Shown: one piece after another, positions 35,043 through 44,499 of the stretch
How the letters are laid out: each line of letters opens with the position of its first letter
Numbering within the stretch: the stretch's first letter is position 1
DNA from: Candidatus Omnitrophota bacterium
GTDB taxonomy: Bacteria > Omnitrophota > Gorgyraeia > Zapsychrales > JAKLDJ01
DNA length: 64,000 nucleotides
NCBI GenBank assembly: GCA_022703585.1
Contig: JAKLDJ010000001.1
Coordinates: 740,006-804,005, forward strand
Direction: 5' to 3'
Made by a program: the position numbers and the translations under genes
Notes under the pieces: model-generated
Seen by the model: the letters and a program-made list of their open reading frames with translations, nothing else
Databases searched by the model: none
Told to the model about the DNA's origin: nothing

Positions 35043-35804
35043 ATGCCTACCAAAATGCCTGTCAAAAATAAAAACGGTTCGATCCTTAACTTCAGCCGGT
35101 TTTTCGGCCGGGAGGTTATTGCGTTTACTGCGACTCGCGGCGTCGATTTTACTCTTAAAGAAGGCAGCGCAAAACCGACCTCCCAGCAAAAAGGTTTCTT
35201 AAATAAATCCGCAAAGTCTTCTTTTAAACATTTTCCCACCTTCCGCCAGGTCCACGGCCGGCACGTATTATTGATAAAAGAAAACAGCCTTTACGACAGT
35301 GATTATTTAGGCGAGGCTGACGGCGCGATAACAAACCTGCCCAACTTGCCGTTAACTGTCCGCACCGCCGATTGCCTTCCGATATTTTTATATGACCCCA
35401 AGCATCAGGGCATCGCATTGCTTCATGCCGGCTGGCGCTCGAGCCAGAAAGGCATTATTGCCAACGCCGTCTATTTGATGAAAAAAAGCTGGGGGACGAA
35501 AGCAAAGGACCTAAAAGTTGTTTTCGGCCCTGCCATTCAAGAATGCTGTTATCAGGTCGGGTCGGAATTCAGGAAATATTTCCCGAAAGATGTTACCAAA
35601 AAAGGAAAAAATTATTTTCTTGATTTGCCGCGGGTCAACAGGCGCCAATTAACCAAAATGGGCATTAAAAGGAATAATGTCTTTGATTGCGCGCGATGCA
35701 CGTGCTGCGACCCGAAACTATTTTCTTTCCGCCGAGAGGGCGAAAAAGCCGGGCGTATGGCGTCGGTGATGATTTTAAAGTCTAAAAACCTCAAGAAGCA
35801 TTAG
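35043..35804 (+). CDS. pgeF: Purine nucleoside phosphorylase / laccase-domain protein PgeF (YfiH family)
   Basis: QVHGRHVL, LLHAGWRSSQKGI, CTCCD: the His/Cys metal-binding set of YfiH. The ORF overlaps the rmuC 3' end; start placed at ATG 35043. Confidence 0.8.
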   Translation: MPTKMPVKNKNGSILNFSRFFGREVIAFTATRGVDFTLKEGSAKPTSQQKGFLNKSAKSSFKHFPTFRQVHGRHVLLIKENSLYDSDYLGEADGAITNLPNLPLTVRTADCLPIFLYDPKHQGIALLHAGWRSSQKGIIANAVYLMKKSWGTKAKDLKVVFGPAIQECCYQVGSEFRKYFPKDVTKKGKNYFLDLPRVNRRQLTKMGIKRNNVFDCARCTCCDPKLFSFRREGEKAGRMASVMILKSKNLKKH

Positions 35805-35811
35805 GCCTGAT

Positions 35812-37269
35812 TTGAAAAAAAGGAGGAGCGGGATGAAACGCGTCATTTTTTGGGGAAGTATTCTATCGCTGGTTCTTATTTCTACGACGGTCTTTGCCCA
35901 AAATGCCGTTAAAAGTACCATTGACGACCAGACGGGCATGGAGGTGACGGTTTATAACAGCAATCTGGGTTTAATTAAGGATACCCGTCAGGTCAATCTG
36001 CCCGCGGGTAAAGGTGAATTAAGATTCATGGATGTTGCCGCCGATATTATGCCGGTGACCGTTCATGCCAAATCGCTTAATTTTCCCGATGGTTTTGGGA
36101 TTTTAGAGCAGAATTATGAATACGACCTGATCAGTCAAAGCAAGTTATTGGATAAATACGTCGGTAAAAAGGTCAAGATTCTTGATAAAAATGAGTATCA
36201 GGGAACCGAGAAGAGTGTTGAGGCGACACTTCTCAGCAACAATGAAAACCGGCCGATTTATCAAATCGGTAGCGAGATTTATCTCGGGCATCCGGGCCTG
36301 GTTATTCTTCCCGAGCTTCCCGAGAATCTGATTGCCAAGCCTACGCTGACTTGGGCGTATGAAAACACCTCCAAAAATCCTCATCAACTCGAGGTTTCCT
36401 ATCTGACCAGCGATATTAACTGGAAGGCCGATTACGTGGTTGTTGTCAACAAAGACGATACCATGGTCGATGTTTCCGGCTGGGTGACGGTTGATAATAA
36501 AAGCGGTGCCACCTACAAAGATGCCGTCTTAAAATTGATTGCCGGCAAGGTTAACCGGGTTCAGGAGCAAGAAGATTACGGCCAGGGGCTTCGGGGCAAA
36601 GCAATGATGATGGATGTCGTCGCTGCCCCGCGTTTTCAGGAGCAGGCTTTCTTCGAATACCATATTTACGACCTGGAAGGAAAAACGACGATTAAGGATA
36701 ATCAGACCAAACAAATTTCTCTTCTTAAAGCGGATAAAGTTAAGGCCAAGAAAGAACTGCTCGTGTACGGCATTAAAAGTTATTTTACCCGCCTTTATAA
36801 AGAGAGAAATCCAAAACAACCCATTAATGTGTACATGACCTTTAAGAATGCCAAGGAAAATAATTTAGGCATGCCTCTTCCCGAAGGTGTCATGCGGCTC
36901 TACAAAGAGGACGCGGATAAAAAACTTCAGTTTATCGGTGAAGACAAAATCGAACATACCCCCAAAGACGAAGGGGTGCGGCTTAAGATCGGCGAGGCCT
37001 TTGACGTGGTCGCCGAAAGAATTCAGACTGATTATAAGCAGGTCGGTTTGTTCGCGCATGAATCCGAGTGGGAGATTACCCTGCGCAATCATAAAGAAAC
37101 AGGCGTCACGGTGAGCCTTATTGAGCCGGTTTTGGGCAGTTGGACGGTTATCAGCAATACGCATCCCTTTACAAAAGTCGATGTTTCCACGATACGTTTT
37201 GACGTTGATGTCCCCAAAGACGGAACGGTCAAGGTTAAATACCGGATCAGGGTTGACGCCGGGTTTTAA
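35812..37269 (+). CDS. Secreted hypothetical protein (signal peptide; resembles DUF4139/DUF4140-type proteins)
   Basis: MKKRRSGMKRVIFWGSILSLVLISTTVFAQNA is a signal peptide. The mature part is predicted beta-rich. The family assignment is from memory of that architecture, not certain. Confidence 0.5.
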   Translation: MKKRRSGMKRVIFWGSILSLVLISTTVFAQNAVKSTIDDQTGMEVTVYNSNLGLIKDTRQVNLPAGKGELRFMDVAADIMPVTVHAKSLNFPDGFGILEQNYEYDLISQSKLLDKYVGKKVKILDKNEYQGTEKSVEATLLSNNENRPIYQIGSEIYLGHPGLVILPELPENLIAKPTLTWAYENTSKNPHQLEVSYLTSDINWKADYVVVVNKDDTMVDVSGWVTVDNKSGATYKDAVLKLIAGKVNRVQEQEDYGQGLRGKAMMMDVVAAPRFQEQAFFEYHIYDLEGKTTIKDNQTKQISLLKADKVKAKKELLVYGIKSYFTRLYKERNPKQPINVYMTFKNAKENNLGMPLPEGVMRLYKEDADKKLQFIGEDKIEHTPKDEGVRLKIGEAFDVVAERIQTDYKQVGLFAHESEWEITLRNHKETGVTVSLIEPVLGSWTVISNTHPFTKVDVSTIRFDVDVPKDGTVKVKYRIRVDAGF

Positions 37270-37294
37270 GCTGAAGGGCGGCATTGAATATTTT

Positions 37295-37322
37295 TTGCAA
37301 AGCCGGATTTCATGGGTATAAT
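37295..37322 (+). promoter_or_regulatory. Sigma70-like promoter (TTGCAA-16-TATAAT) upstream of cutA-ccdA-tlpA
   Basis: TTGCAA at 37295-37300, TATAAT at 37317-37322. Confidence 0.45.
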
Positions 37323-37357
37323 AGCTCATTCAACTTTTAAGGGGGACGGTTTCGCCG

Positions 37358-37684
37358 ATGAATATCATTGTTTTTGTTACGGCTAAGGATTTTAAAGAGG
37401 CAGAAAAGATCTCTCAAGCATTGGTTGAGCAAAAACTCATTGCCTGCGCGAATATCATCCAGGGCGTCCGATCCTTTTTTTGGTGGGAGGGAAAGGTGGA
37501 TGCGGCCGACGAGGTACTTTTGATCCTCAAAACCAAACGGAGCCTTTTTAAAAAGGTTGAAAAGGCGGTTAAATCTCTTCACAGCTACAGCGTTCCCGAG
37601 ATTATCGCTATCCCGATCGTCGCGGGCAGTAAAGAATATTTAAAGTGGGTGAATGATTCTGTCGCCTCCAAGAAGGCGGGGTAA
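37358..37684 (+). CDS. cutA: Divalent-cation tolerance protein CutA
   Basis: IIVFVTAKDFKEAEKISQALVEQKLIACANII...SFFWWEGKV is the CutA1 fold signature. Confidence 0.88.
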   Translation: MNIIVFVTAKDFKEAEKISQALVEQKLIACANIIQGVRSFFWWEGKVDAADEVLLILKTKRSLFKKVEKAVKSLHSYSVPEIIAIPIVAGSKEYLKWVNDSVASKKAG

Positions 37685-37689
37685 GATCG

Positions 37690-38361
37690 ATGGTGTTATC
37701 CGGAAATATCTTTGATTATTTTATCGTTTTCTGGGCGGGGGTTTTGGTGAGTTTTAGCCCCTGCGTGTATCCGGTGATGCCGATAACTGCCGGTTTTATC
37801 GCCGGGCTTAATACCAAAGGCACCAGGCTGCAGGGGTTTTTTATTTCTCTCGTTTATGTTTTGGGCCTGGCCATAACGTATTGCACTCTGGGAGCTATGG
37901 CGGCTTTAAGCGGGACGGTATTTGGCCATATCCAAAATAATCCGGTTGTTTTCTTAATGATCGGTAATCTCCTGGTGTTTTTTTCTTTGGTATTGTTCGA
38001 TGTTATCCCGGTTCCCGCCGTGGGTATTTCCATCGTCAATAAATTAAGGCCTAGAAATCTATGGATGATACTACTGTTTGGCGCAGCCTCGGGATTGGTG
38101 GTAAGCCCTTGTGCTGCTCCTATCCTGGGAACGCTTTTATTATATGTTGCTTCTCAGAAGAATATTGTGCATGCGGTAAGCCTTTTGTTTGTTTTTTCCT
38201 ACGGGGTAGGGGCTTCTTTGATTCTGGTGGGGACCTTTAGCGGCCTGCTCGGCCGAATGCCTAAGTCCGGAGTGTGGATGGTCAGGGTAAAACAATTGTG
38301 CGGTTTGATTTTATTGATAGCGGGTGAGTATTTCTTAATTAAAGCCGGGAGGTTAATGTAA
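37690..38361 (+). CDS. ccdA: Cytochrome c-type biogenesis / thiol-disulfide transporter CcdA (DsbD transmembrane core)
   Basis: Two conserved cysteines in TM segments: LVSFSPCVYPV and VVSPCAAPIL. Six TM helices. Confidence 0.85.
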   Translation: MVLSGNIFDYFIVFWAGVLVSFSPCVYPVMPITAGFIAGLNTKGTRLQGFFISLVYVLGLAITYCTLGAMAALSGTVFGHIQNNPVVFLMIGNLLVFFSLVLFDVIPVPAVGISIVNKLRPRNLWMILLFGAASGLVVSPCAAPILGTLLLYVASQKNIVHAVSLLFVFSYGVGASLILVGTFSGLLGRMPKSGVWMVRVKQLCGLILLIAGEYFLIKAGRLM

Positions 38362-38885
38362 TGATTGCTCGATCGTTCTTGCGTATGTGCGTTTTACTGT
38401 TTTTGGTGTTTATCATCAGCCCTTTGTCTTTTGGCGCGGGCCAGATGTCGTTTACGGATTTCCGTAATGCTCAAAGCATCGGCAAAGCAGCGGAAGACTT
38501 TACGCTTAAAGATTTAAGCGGCGCGGATGTCGGCATGACCAAATATCGGGAAGGGAAAAAAGCAGTTATCTTTTTCTGGGCAACATGGTGTCCGCATTGC
38601 CGGGTTGCTTTACAAAAGCTCAATCAAGACCGTGCTGTTTTTGAACAAAAAGGAATCAAGCTTATTTTAGTCGATATCGGAGAAGACCGGGGTGATGTCC
38701 AAAACTATGTCAGCAAGAACCGAATTGGTATCAATGTGTTTTTAGACCAGGATTCGACGGTGGCGGAATCCTATAACGTCATCGGTATCCCGATGTTCTT
38801 TTTTCTCAATTCCCAGGGAATCATTCAGGCCGCTGACAACACCATGCCGGATAACTACGAAGAGATTCTGAATCGTAATAACTAA
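38361..38885 (+). CDS. Periplasmic thioredoxin-like thiol:disulfide oxidoreductase (TlpA/ResA family)
   Basis: Signal peptide plus FFWATWCPHCRV (CxxC). Confidence 0.85.
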   Translation: MIARSFLRMCVLLFLVFIISPLSFGAGQMSFTDFRNAQSIGKAAEDFTLKDLSGADVGMTKYREGKKAVIFFWATWCPHCRVALQKLNQDRAVFEQKGIKLILVDIGEDRGDVQNYVSKNRIGINVFLDQDSTVAESYNVIGIPMFFFLNSQGIIQAADNTMPDNYEEILNRNN

Positions 38886-38929
38886 AATATATGGGGAGAG
38901 ATCCTTTTTTCGCCGTTCGGATAATAACC

Positions 38930-40414
38930 CTAATAGAGCTTTTGTTTTCGAAGCTTGGAAATATTATCTTGCAGGTTGGCCTTAATCCTCAGGTCCCGTA
39001 AATAGTCGCCAAAGACTTGATTTTTTCTTTCCTCGGCGAAATTCTTAGCGAATTCCTCTTTTTCTTTACCGAATTTTTCCTCATCAATGGGTGTCCGGGA
39101 ATCCAGATGGATAATGCAGTAGCCTTTGGCGATTTCGATCACATTGCTGATTTTGTTTTGCTCGGTCAAAGAAAACGCGGTATCCTGAAATTCTGGAGAG
39201 ACACCGATGCCGGGCACGTACTGCCCGCGACTAAAGGGCGGTGTTTGCTGGACTTTAAGCCCCAGGGTAGCTAGGGTATCAGAAAAACTTGTCTTGGGAT
39301 TTCCGGTGATTTGTTCGCGGATCTGCCTTAGATATTCTTCCGCCTTGGATTTTGAGATCCCCCTGGCTTTTTCTGTCGCCAGGGTTTCTTTGATTTGAGC
39401 GGTTGCTTCTTTAATGTCAGGGACATAGGCATCACGCTTTTGTTTTAATTTTAAAATGTAATATCCTTGGGGTGTCTCGATGGGAGCGCTGATCTGATTT
39501 TCGGAAAGCTCAAACGCAGCCAGCAGGGCTTCGTAGGGCAAATTGATTTTAAGGTCCGGCTGTTCCTTATTAAAGAATCCGCTTTCGCTCGCGGTTAATC
39601 CGTATTTTTGGCCCACCTTCTCTAGGTCAGGATTTGTCTTAAGATTTTCCATTATATTTTGAATTTTCTGCGAAGGGCTTAAGGGTTGATCTTGTTTTGG
39701 GTCCGCCTCGAGCGCCACGTGTAGGTACAGGATGTTAATCGACGGGGGAACGCGCAGCTGGTCTTTATTCTGGGCGTAGTATTGTTCGATTTCTTTCTCG
39801 TCAATGGAGACATCCTTCTTGTAATCGTCGGCCGAAACTAAAACGAAACTCACCTGGGCTTTCTCATTTTTCTTCTGGTATTCCTTGCGGATATCCTCGT
39901 CGGTTACGGTGATCGCTGACGTGACTTTCTCTCTGAGCTTGCTGAAGGTGAGTAAATCGCGGATGCTCTCTTCAAAATCCCTCGGCCCGCATTTAAAATA
40001 GTAGCGCACGATTTCGTCGTAATTACGGGAATCGAAGGCACCCTGGTTTTTAAACAGATCCAAATCCCCGATAGCCCTGACGACTTCTTCATCGGAGACT
40101 TTTATTTTCTGTTTCTTGGCTTCTTTCAGAAGGATAATTCTGTCCCAGGCCTGAGAATCCAGATTTAAAAATTGCTTCAGCCGGTCAAAATTCTGTCCAT
40201 ATGTCAGCATGGCCTGAGTGCGGGCGTGCATCAGGCTTTGTTCGAACTCGTCAAAGGAGACCGTCCGGTTAAATATCTTTCCCGCCGAGGTGACGTTGTG
40301 CGTCTTTTGGACGTAATTGGCCGTTCCGAAAAACCCGAACGATATGATGATGACGATAGCCACCACCCACAATATTTTCTTGGCAACACCTTTTTTGCGC
40401 AATGTCTTAAGCAT
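38930..40414 (-). CDS. Membrane-anchored periplasmic chaperone / peptidyl-prolyl isomerase (PpiD/SurA-like)
   Basis: N-terminal TM ILWVVAIVIIISFGFF, a SurA_N-like chaperone region and a parvulin-like segment. Minus strand, convergent with tlpA. Confidence 0.75.
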   Translation of the reverse strand: MLKTLRKKGVAKKILWVVAIVIIISFGFFGTANYVQKTHNVTSAGKIFNRTVSFDEFEQSLMHARTQAMLTYGQNFDRLKQFLNLDSQAWDRIILLKEAKKQKIKVSDEEVVRAIGDLDLFKNQGAFDSRNYDEIVRYYFKCGPRDFEESIRDLLTFSKLREKVTSAITVTDEDIRKEYQKKNEKAQVSFVLVSADDYKKDVSIDEKEIEQYYAQNKDQLRVPPSINILYLHVALEADPKQDQPLSPSQKIQNIMENLKTNPDLEKVGQKYGLTASESGFFNKEQPDLKINLPYEALLAAFELSENQISAPIETPQGYYILKLKQKRDAYVPDIKEATAQIKETLATEKARGISKSKAEEYLRQIREQITGNPKTSFSDTLATLGLKVQQTPPFSRGQYVPGIGVSPEFQDTAFSLTEQNKISNVIEIAKGYCIIHLDSRTPIDEEKFGKEKEEFAKNFAEERKNQVFGDYLRDLRIKANLQDNISKLRKQKLY

Positions 40415-40490
40415 TTTTTTCTCCTGGATGTTATGAAACGGGCAAAATTTTCAAAAAAAGAATGAACTGATTATATCCTCGAATTTACGC

Positions 40491-40525
40491 TTTGACAAGG
40501 AATTTCACCCGTGTTAGACTGAAAA
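40491..40525 (+). promoter_or_regulatory. Sigma70-like promoter (TTGACA-17-TAGACT) in the divergent region upstream of the GT9 gene
   Basis: ctTTGACAaggaatttcacccgtgtTAGACT read from the sequence. Confidence 0.4.
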
Positions 40526-40630
40526 CCGGATAAAAAATGTCGTTTGATTTCTTGGGCCGGTACGCATTTCGATTAGCAACTTCTGTAAAATCAAATTTCT
40601 ACCCGTCGGTAAAACAACCGTAAAAACAGT

Positions 40631-41662
40631 ATGTCCGGAATGAAGAAAATCCTTGTCGTCAATTTAGCCGGCCTGGGGGATATCGTTGTCTCTTCGCCGG
40701 CGGTCAGAGCGCTTAAAGCGAGACTTAAAGATGGCGAGCTGTATCTGTTGACGTTTAAGGATAATATCGAACTTGTGGAGATGTGTCCCTATTTTAGGGA
40801 AGTGTTTATCTTTGACAAAAATCTTAGCTTATGGAATTTTAAGGAAATTCTTAAGATTCGGCGTTTAGGTTTCGATTGGGCGGTTAATCTTTATCCCATT
40901 TATTCATTCATGGGTTCTTTAAAGATGGTTTTTCTTTTTTATTTGATGGCCCCTAAAAAATCAGCCGGACGAGATACCGGCCGAAAAGGATTTTTTTATC
41001 ACCTTCGCTTGCCGGAATCATCCCGTTTCCCGAACCATAATCTTGAAACGATGCTTGGTTTGGTTGGGCTTCTGGGGGCTGAGGTTAGCTCTAAGCAGCC
41101 GGAACTTTGGCTACGGCCGGATGAAGATGCGGTGCAAAAGTTTTTGCGCCGTAACGGATTCAGTCAGAATGACCGTATTGTTTGCATTCACCCGGGTGCG
41201 GGAAATAAGTTGAGGCGATGGCCGGCGGAAAATTTTTCCCGGTTTGCCGACAATCTTATTCGAAAGCACGGTTTTAAAATCGTTATAACCGGGAATGAAA
41301 AAGAAAAAGGCCTGGCGGAATATGTCGTTTCGTTGATGGAAGAAAAAAATAGCGTTGGGATTGCCGCAGGCGTATTTTCCCTGGATGCCTTAGCCGCCTG
41401 TCTTAAGAAATCCGTGCTTTTTATCACCAACGAGACCGGCCCCATGCATATCGCTAGTACCCTGGGTGTTTCCACGGTCATTATTTGCGGTAATACACCG
41501 ACGGCATTTCTGCCGTACCGCAAAGAAAAAACAATTATCCTAAGAAAGCCGTTCGCCGGTTGCTCCGGAGGCGGATTTAGCCGCAGGGATTTCGATTGCC
41601 TGAAATCTCTATCTTGCGAGGATGTTTTATCCGCGGCCGAATCGCTGCTGAATACTGCTTGA
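40631..41662 (+). CDS. Glycosyltransferase family 9 (heptosyltransferase-like)
   Basis: KILVVNLAGLGDIVVSSPAVRALK...IHPGAGNKLRRWP...TGPMHIAS are GT9 hallmarks. Confidence 0.8.
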   Translation: MSGMKKILVVNLAGLGDIVVSSPAVRALKARLKDGELYLLTFKDNIELVEMCPYFREVFIFDKNLSLWNFKEILKIRRLGFDWAVNLYPIYSFMGSLKMVFLFYLMAPKKSAGRDTGRKGFFYHLRLPESSRFPNHNLETMLGLVGLLGAEVSSKQPELWLRPDEDAVQKFLRRNGFSQNDRIVCIHPGAGNKLRRWPAENFSRFADNLIRKHGFKIVITGNEKEKGLAEYVVSLMEEKNSVGIAAGVFSLDALAACLKKSVLFITNETGPMHIASTLGVSTVIICGNTPTAFLPYRKEKTIILRKPFAGCSGGGFSRRDFDCLKSLSCEDVLSAAESLLNTA

Positions 41663-41672
41663 ATTTGTTCCT

Positions 41673-42845
41673 ATGAATAAAACCGAACGTGAACCTGTTA
41701 AAATATTGCATTTGCACACCCGTGCTATTGTCGGAGGCTCAAGTACGAATGTTGTGCTGACTTTAAAGGGGCTTCCCAAAGAGAGGTTTTCTGCTGAACT
41801 GGCCTGCGGCAGCAGGGAAGCCCAGGATGCTTTTATCGATAGTCTTAAAGAGGGCGATATTAAGTTTCATTTTATCCCGCATTTGATCAACCGGATCAAT
41901 CCCGTTTATGACTGCCTGGCACTTTTTGAAATGATCTGTTTAATCAAAAACCGACAGTATGCGATTGTTCACACGCATAATTCCAAGGCAGGGATTTTGG
42001 GCCGCCTGGCGGCTAAGCTGTGCAAGGTCCCGGTTATCATTCACACGATTCATAGCTGTGAATTTAATTATTCCGGAGTGGGGCCTTTGGCCAAGAGGTT
42101 TTTTATTTTTCTGGAAAGATGGGCGGCGCATTGGACGGATTATTTTATTGCCATCAGCCCGCACATTAAAAGTGAATTTATTCGATACCGGATTGCCCCG
42201 AGTGACAAGATCAGCGTTATTTTAAGCGGCATTGAAATAGAGAAATTTCGTATCTCTGTTGACAGAGATGAGAAAAGAAAAGAATTGGGAATCGGCCCGG
42301 ACCGCTTCATCGTTGGTGCGGTGGCGCGGATGGAAGAGGGCAAGGGTTATGAATATTTACTTCAGGCGGCGGCGCAAATTTTACGGGAAAGAAAGGACAT
42401 TGTATTTCTTTTAATCGGAGACGGCCCGCTGAAAAGAAAATTGGAACAAAAGGTAAAAAATGATAATATACAAAGTAACGTCCTATTCGCGGGGCTGCGT
42501 TTGGATGTCCCGGAGTTGTTAAAAATCATGGATGTTTTCTGCCTGCCTTCGCTTTACGAGGGAATGGGAAGGGTTATTTTGGAGGCCCAGGCGGCAGGCA
42601 AGGCAGTGGTGGCGATGGAGGCCGGAGGGATTGCCGACATTGTCAATAAGAATAAAACGGCGATTTTGCTGATGCCTAAAGATGTTTCTGCTCTGGAGGG
42701 AGTTATTTTGCGGTTGGTCCAAGACCATGCCCTAAGAGGGCAAATGGGGCAGGAAGCGGTAAAATTTGTTGACGGGCGTTTTAGCAGCGCGACCATGGTT
42801 AGCGAAATCAGGGATCTGTACGAGACATTTTTAAGCAAACAGTAG
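41673..42845 (+). CDS. Glycosyltransferase family 4 (GT-B)
   Basis: C-terminal EGMGRVILEAQAAGKAVVA (the EX7E region). Confidence 0.8.
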   Translation: MNKTEREPVKILHLHTRAIVGGSSTNVVLTLKGLPKERFSAELACGSREAQDAFIDSLKEGDIKFHFIPHLINRINPVYDCLALFEMICLIKNRQYAIVHTHNSKAGILGRLAAKLCKVPVIIHTIHSCEFNYSGVGPLAKRFFIFLERWAAHWTDYFIAISPHIKSEFIRYRIAPSDKISVILSGIEIEKFRISVDRDEKRKELGIGPDRFIVGAVARMEEGKGYEYLLQAAAQILRERKDIVFLLIGDGPLKRKLEQKVKNDNIQSNVLFAGLRLDVPELLKIMDVFCLPSLYEGMGRVILEAQAAGKAVVAMEAGGIADIVNKNKTAILLMPKDVSALEGVILRLVQDHALRGQMGQEAVKFVDGRFSSATMVSEIRDLYETFLSKQ

Positions 42846-42869
42846 TTTTATTGCAAAGGAAAGAGCGGA

Positions 42870-43688
42870 ATGGTTAATGCCTTGGGGATCGACGTCGAAG
42901 AATGGTATCATATCTGCGGCCTGAATCTACCGTCGGATTTAAGCGACAAATACGAAAGCCGTATTGAGGACAACATCAAAAGGATGCTGGATGTTTTGCA
43001 TACGCTCGATACTAAGGCAACGTTTTTTGTCTTAGGGGTTATTGCCGAGAGGTATCCGGATGCCATCCATAAAATCCACGATGCCGGCCACGAAATTGCA
43101 AGCCACGGCTACAAGCATTTGGAGATTCACAAGCAGACGCCGGATATGTTCAGGGCGGATTTAAAGAAATCGATGGAAATCTTAAAAAGTATTACCGGAA
43201 AGCCTGTCCTGGGTTATCGGGCGCCCGATTTTTCGATCGTCAATAGAACCCTCTGGGCGGTTGATATCCTTATTCAGGAGGGGATTAAATATGACTGCAG
43301 CATATTTCCGGTGCGGCATCCGCGTTACGGGATTCCCGCAGCCCCGCGTGTCCCCTATCGGCTGCATAATGAATTAATCGAATTCCCGGTCTCGACCATC
43401 CGTTTTCTGGGGGAGAACTTTCCTGTCGCCGGAGGGGCGTATTTCCGGTTTTTGCCGTACCAATGGATTAAAGCGGCTATTGAGCAGTTGAACCAACAGG
43501 GGATTATCGTTAATTCCTATATCCATGTCTGGGAGCTTGATCCCAAGCAGCCGAAGTTAAAAATTCCCTTTAAAAGATCCTTTGCCCACTACACCGGCCT
43601 CGAGAAAATGCAGGAGAAATTTGAAGGCCTCCTCGCAGATTTTCAATATGCCCCCCTAGAAAAAATTATCCAAGATGGACGATTCTAA
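42870..43688 (+). CDS. Polysaccharide deacetylase (NodB-homology, DUF3473-type)
   Basis: GIDVEEWYHI...TFFVLGVIAERYPDAIHKIHDAGHEIASHGYKH. Confidence 0.75.
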   Translation: MVNALGIDVEEWYHICGLNLPSDLSDKYESRIEDNIKRMLDVLHTLDTKATFFVLGVIAERYPDAIHKIHDAGHEIASHGYKHLEIHKQTPDMFRADLKKSMEILKSITGKPVLGYRAPDFSIVNRTLWAVDILIQEGIKYDCSIFPVRHPRYGIPAAPRVPYRLHNELIEFPVSTIRFLGENFPVAGGAYFRFLPYQWIKAAIEQLNQQGIIVNSYIHVWELDPKQPKLKIPFKRSFAHYTGLEKMQEKFEGLLADFQYAPLEKIIQDGRF

Positions 43689-44325
43689 AAAGGTTCAATC
43701 TTTCTTTGTCCAAAGGGCGCGCGCATTTGATTCCTATTACTCTGAAACCGAAAAAAATTTTTTAAGAAAAATTTTGGACGCGCTGTTGCGGGCGTCCATG
43801 AAACGGCGCCTTGAATTGACGATTCAAGAATGCCGGGATATGTCCGGTGCCGGGATTTTGGATGTCGGTTGCGGTTCGGGCCGCTACGCCGTGGCGTTGG
43901 CTCGATTGGGCGCGCGTCAGGTGACGGGGGTTGATTTTTCCCAACCGATGATTGAGCTGGCGCGTTCGCTGGCGAAGGAAAACGGAGTCGAAAATAAATG
44001 CCGCTTTATCATCGATGATTTTAAAACAAGAACGTTTGACGGAAAATTTGATATTTGTTTGGCCTTGGGGTTTTTTGACTATACCCGTGAGCCGCAGGAA
44101 TATTTAAAGAAAATGTGCTTGTTAACCACGGGAAAAATCATCGCTACCTTTCCCGCCCGATGGCGCCTGCGTAATATTATCCGCATTATCCGTCTTAAGG
44201 TTTTAGGCTGCCCGGTTTATTTCTATACGCCCGGGGAAATCAAGGAAATCCTCAAAGCCGCCGCTATTTCCCGCTACTCTCTTCAAAATATCGGAAGGGA
44301 CTACTTTTTGATCGCCTACCCGTAA
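43675..44325 (+). CDS. Class I SAM-dependent methyltransferase
   Basis: ILDVGCGSGRYAVALARLGARQVTGVDFSQPMIELA (motifs I and II). Confidence 0.8.
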   Translation: MDDSKKVQSFFVQRARAFDSYYSETEKNFLRKILDALLRASMKRRLELTIQECRDMSGAGILDVGCGSGRYAVALARLGARQVTGVDFSQPMIELARSLAKENGVENKCRFIIDDFKTRTFDGKFDICLALGFFDYTREPQEYLKKMCLLTTGKIIATFPARWRLRNIIRIIRLKVLGCPVYFYTPGEIKEILKAAAISRYSLQNIGRDYFLIAYP

Positions 44326-44343
44326 GCGGGGGCGATAATTTCC

Positions 44344-44372
44344 TTTACAATTAAAATAGCCAAAGGTATAAT
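44344..44372 (+). promoter_or_regulatory. Sigma70-like promoter (TTTACA-17-TATAAT) upstream of hisG with ~125-nt leader
   Basis: TTTACA at 44344-44349, TATAAT at 44367-44372. The leader contains imperfect hairpins and no recognisable T-box. Confidence 0.5.
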
Positions 44373-44499
44373 AGCAACGTTTTGTTAGGTATCTTTTGGG
44401 TAAGTGCCTAACAAATTGATATACGTAAAGTTACAGCGAAAGGCCTTCTTTAAGAAAGGCTTTCAAATCTGAGATCAACAACATCAAACTGACAAAGAT

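Noticed and set aside
44373-44499. Possible T-box or his attenuator in the hisG leader
   Set aside because: No T-box consensus (AATTAGGGTGGTACCGCG-like) and no run of His codons in a leader peptide were found. Only imperfect hairpins are present.
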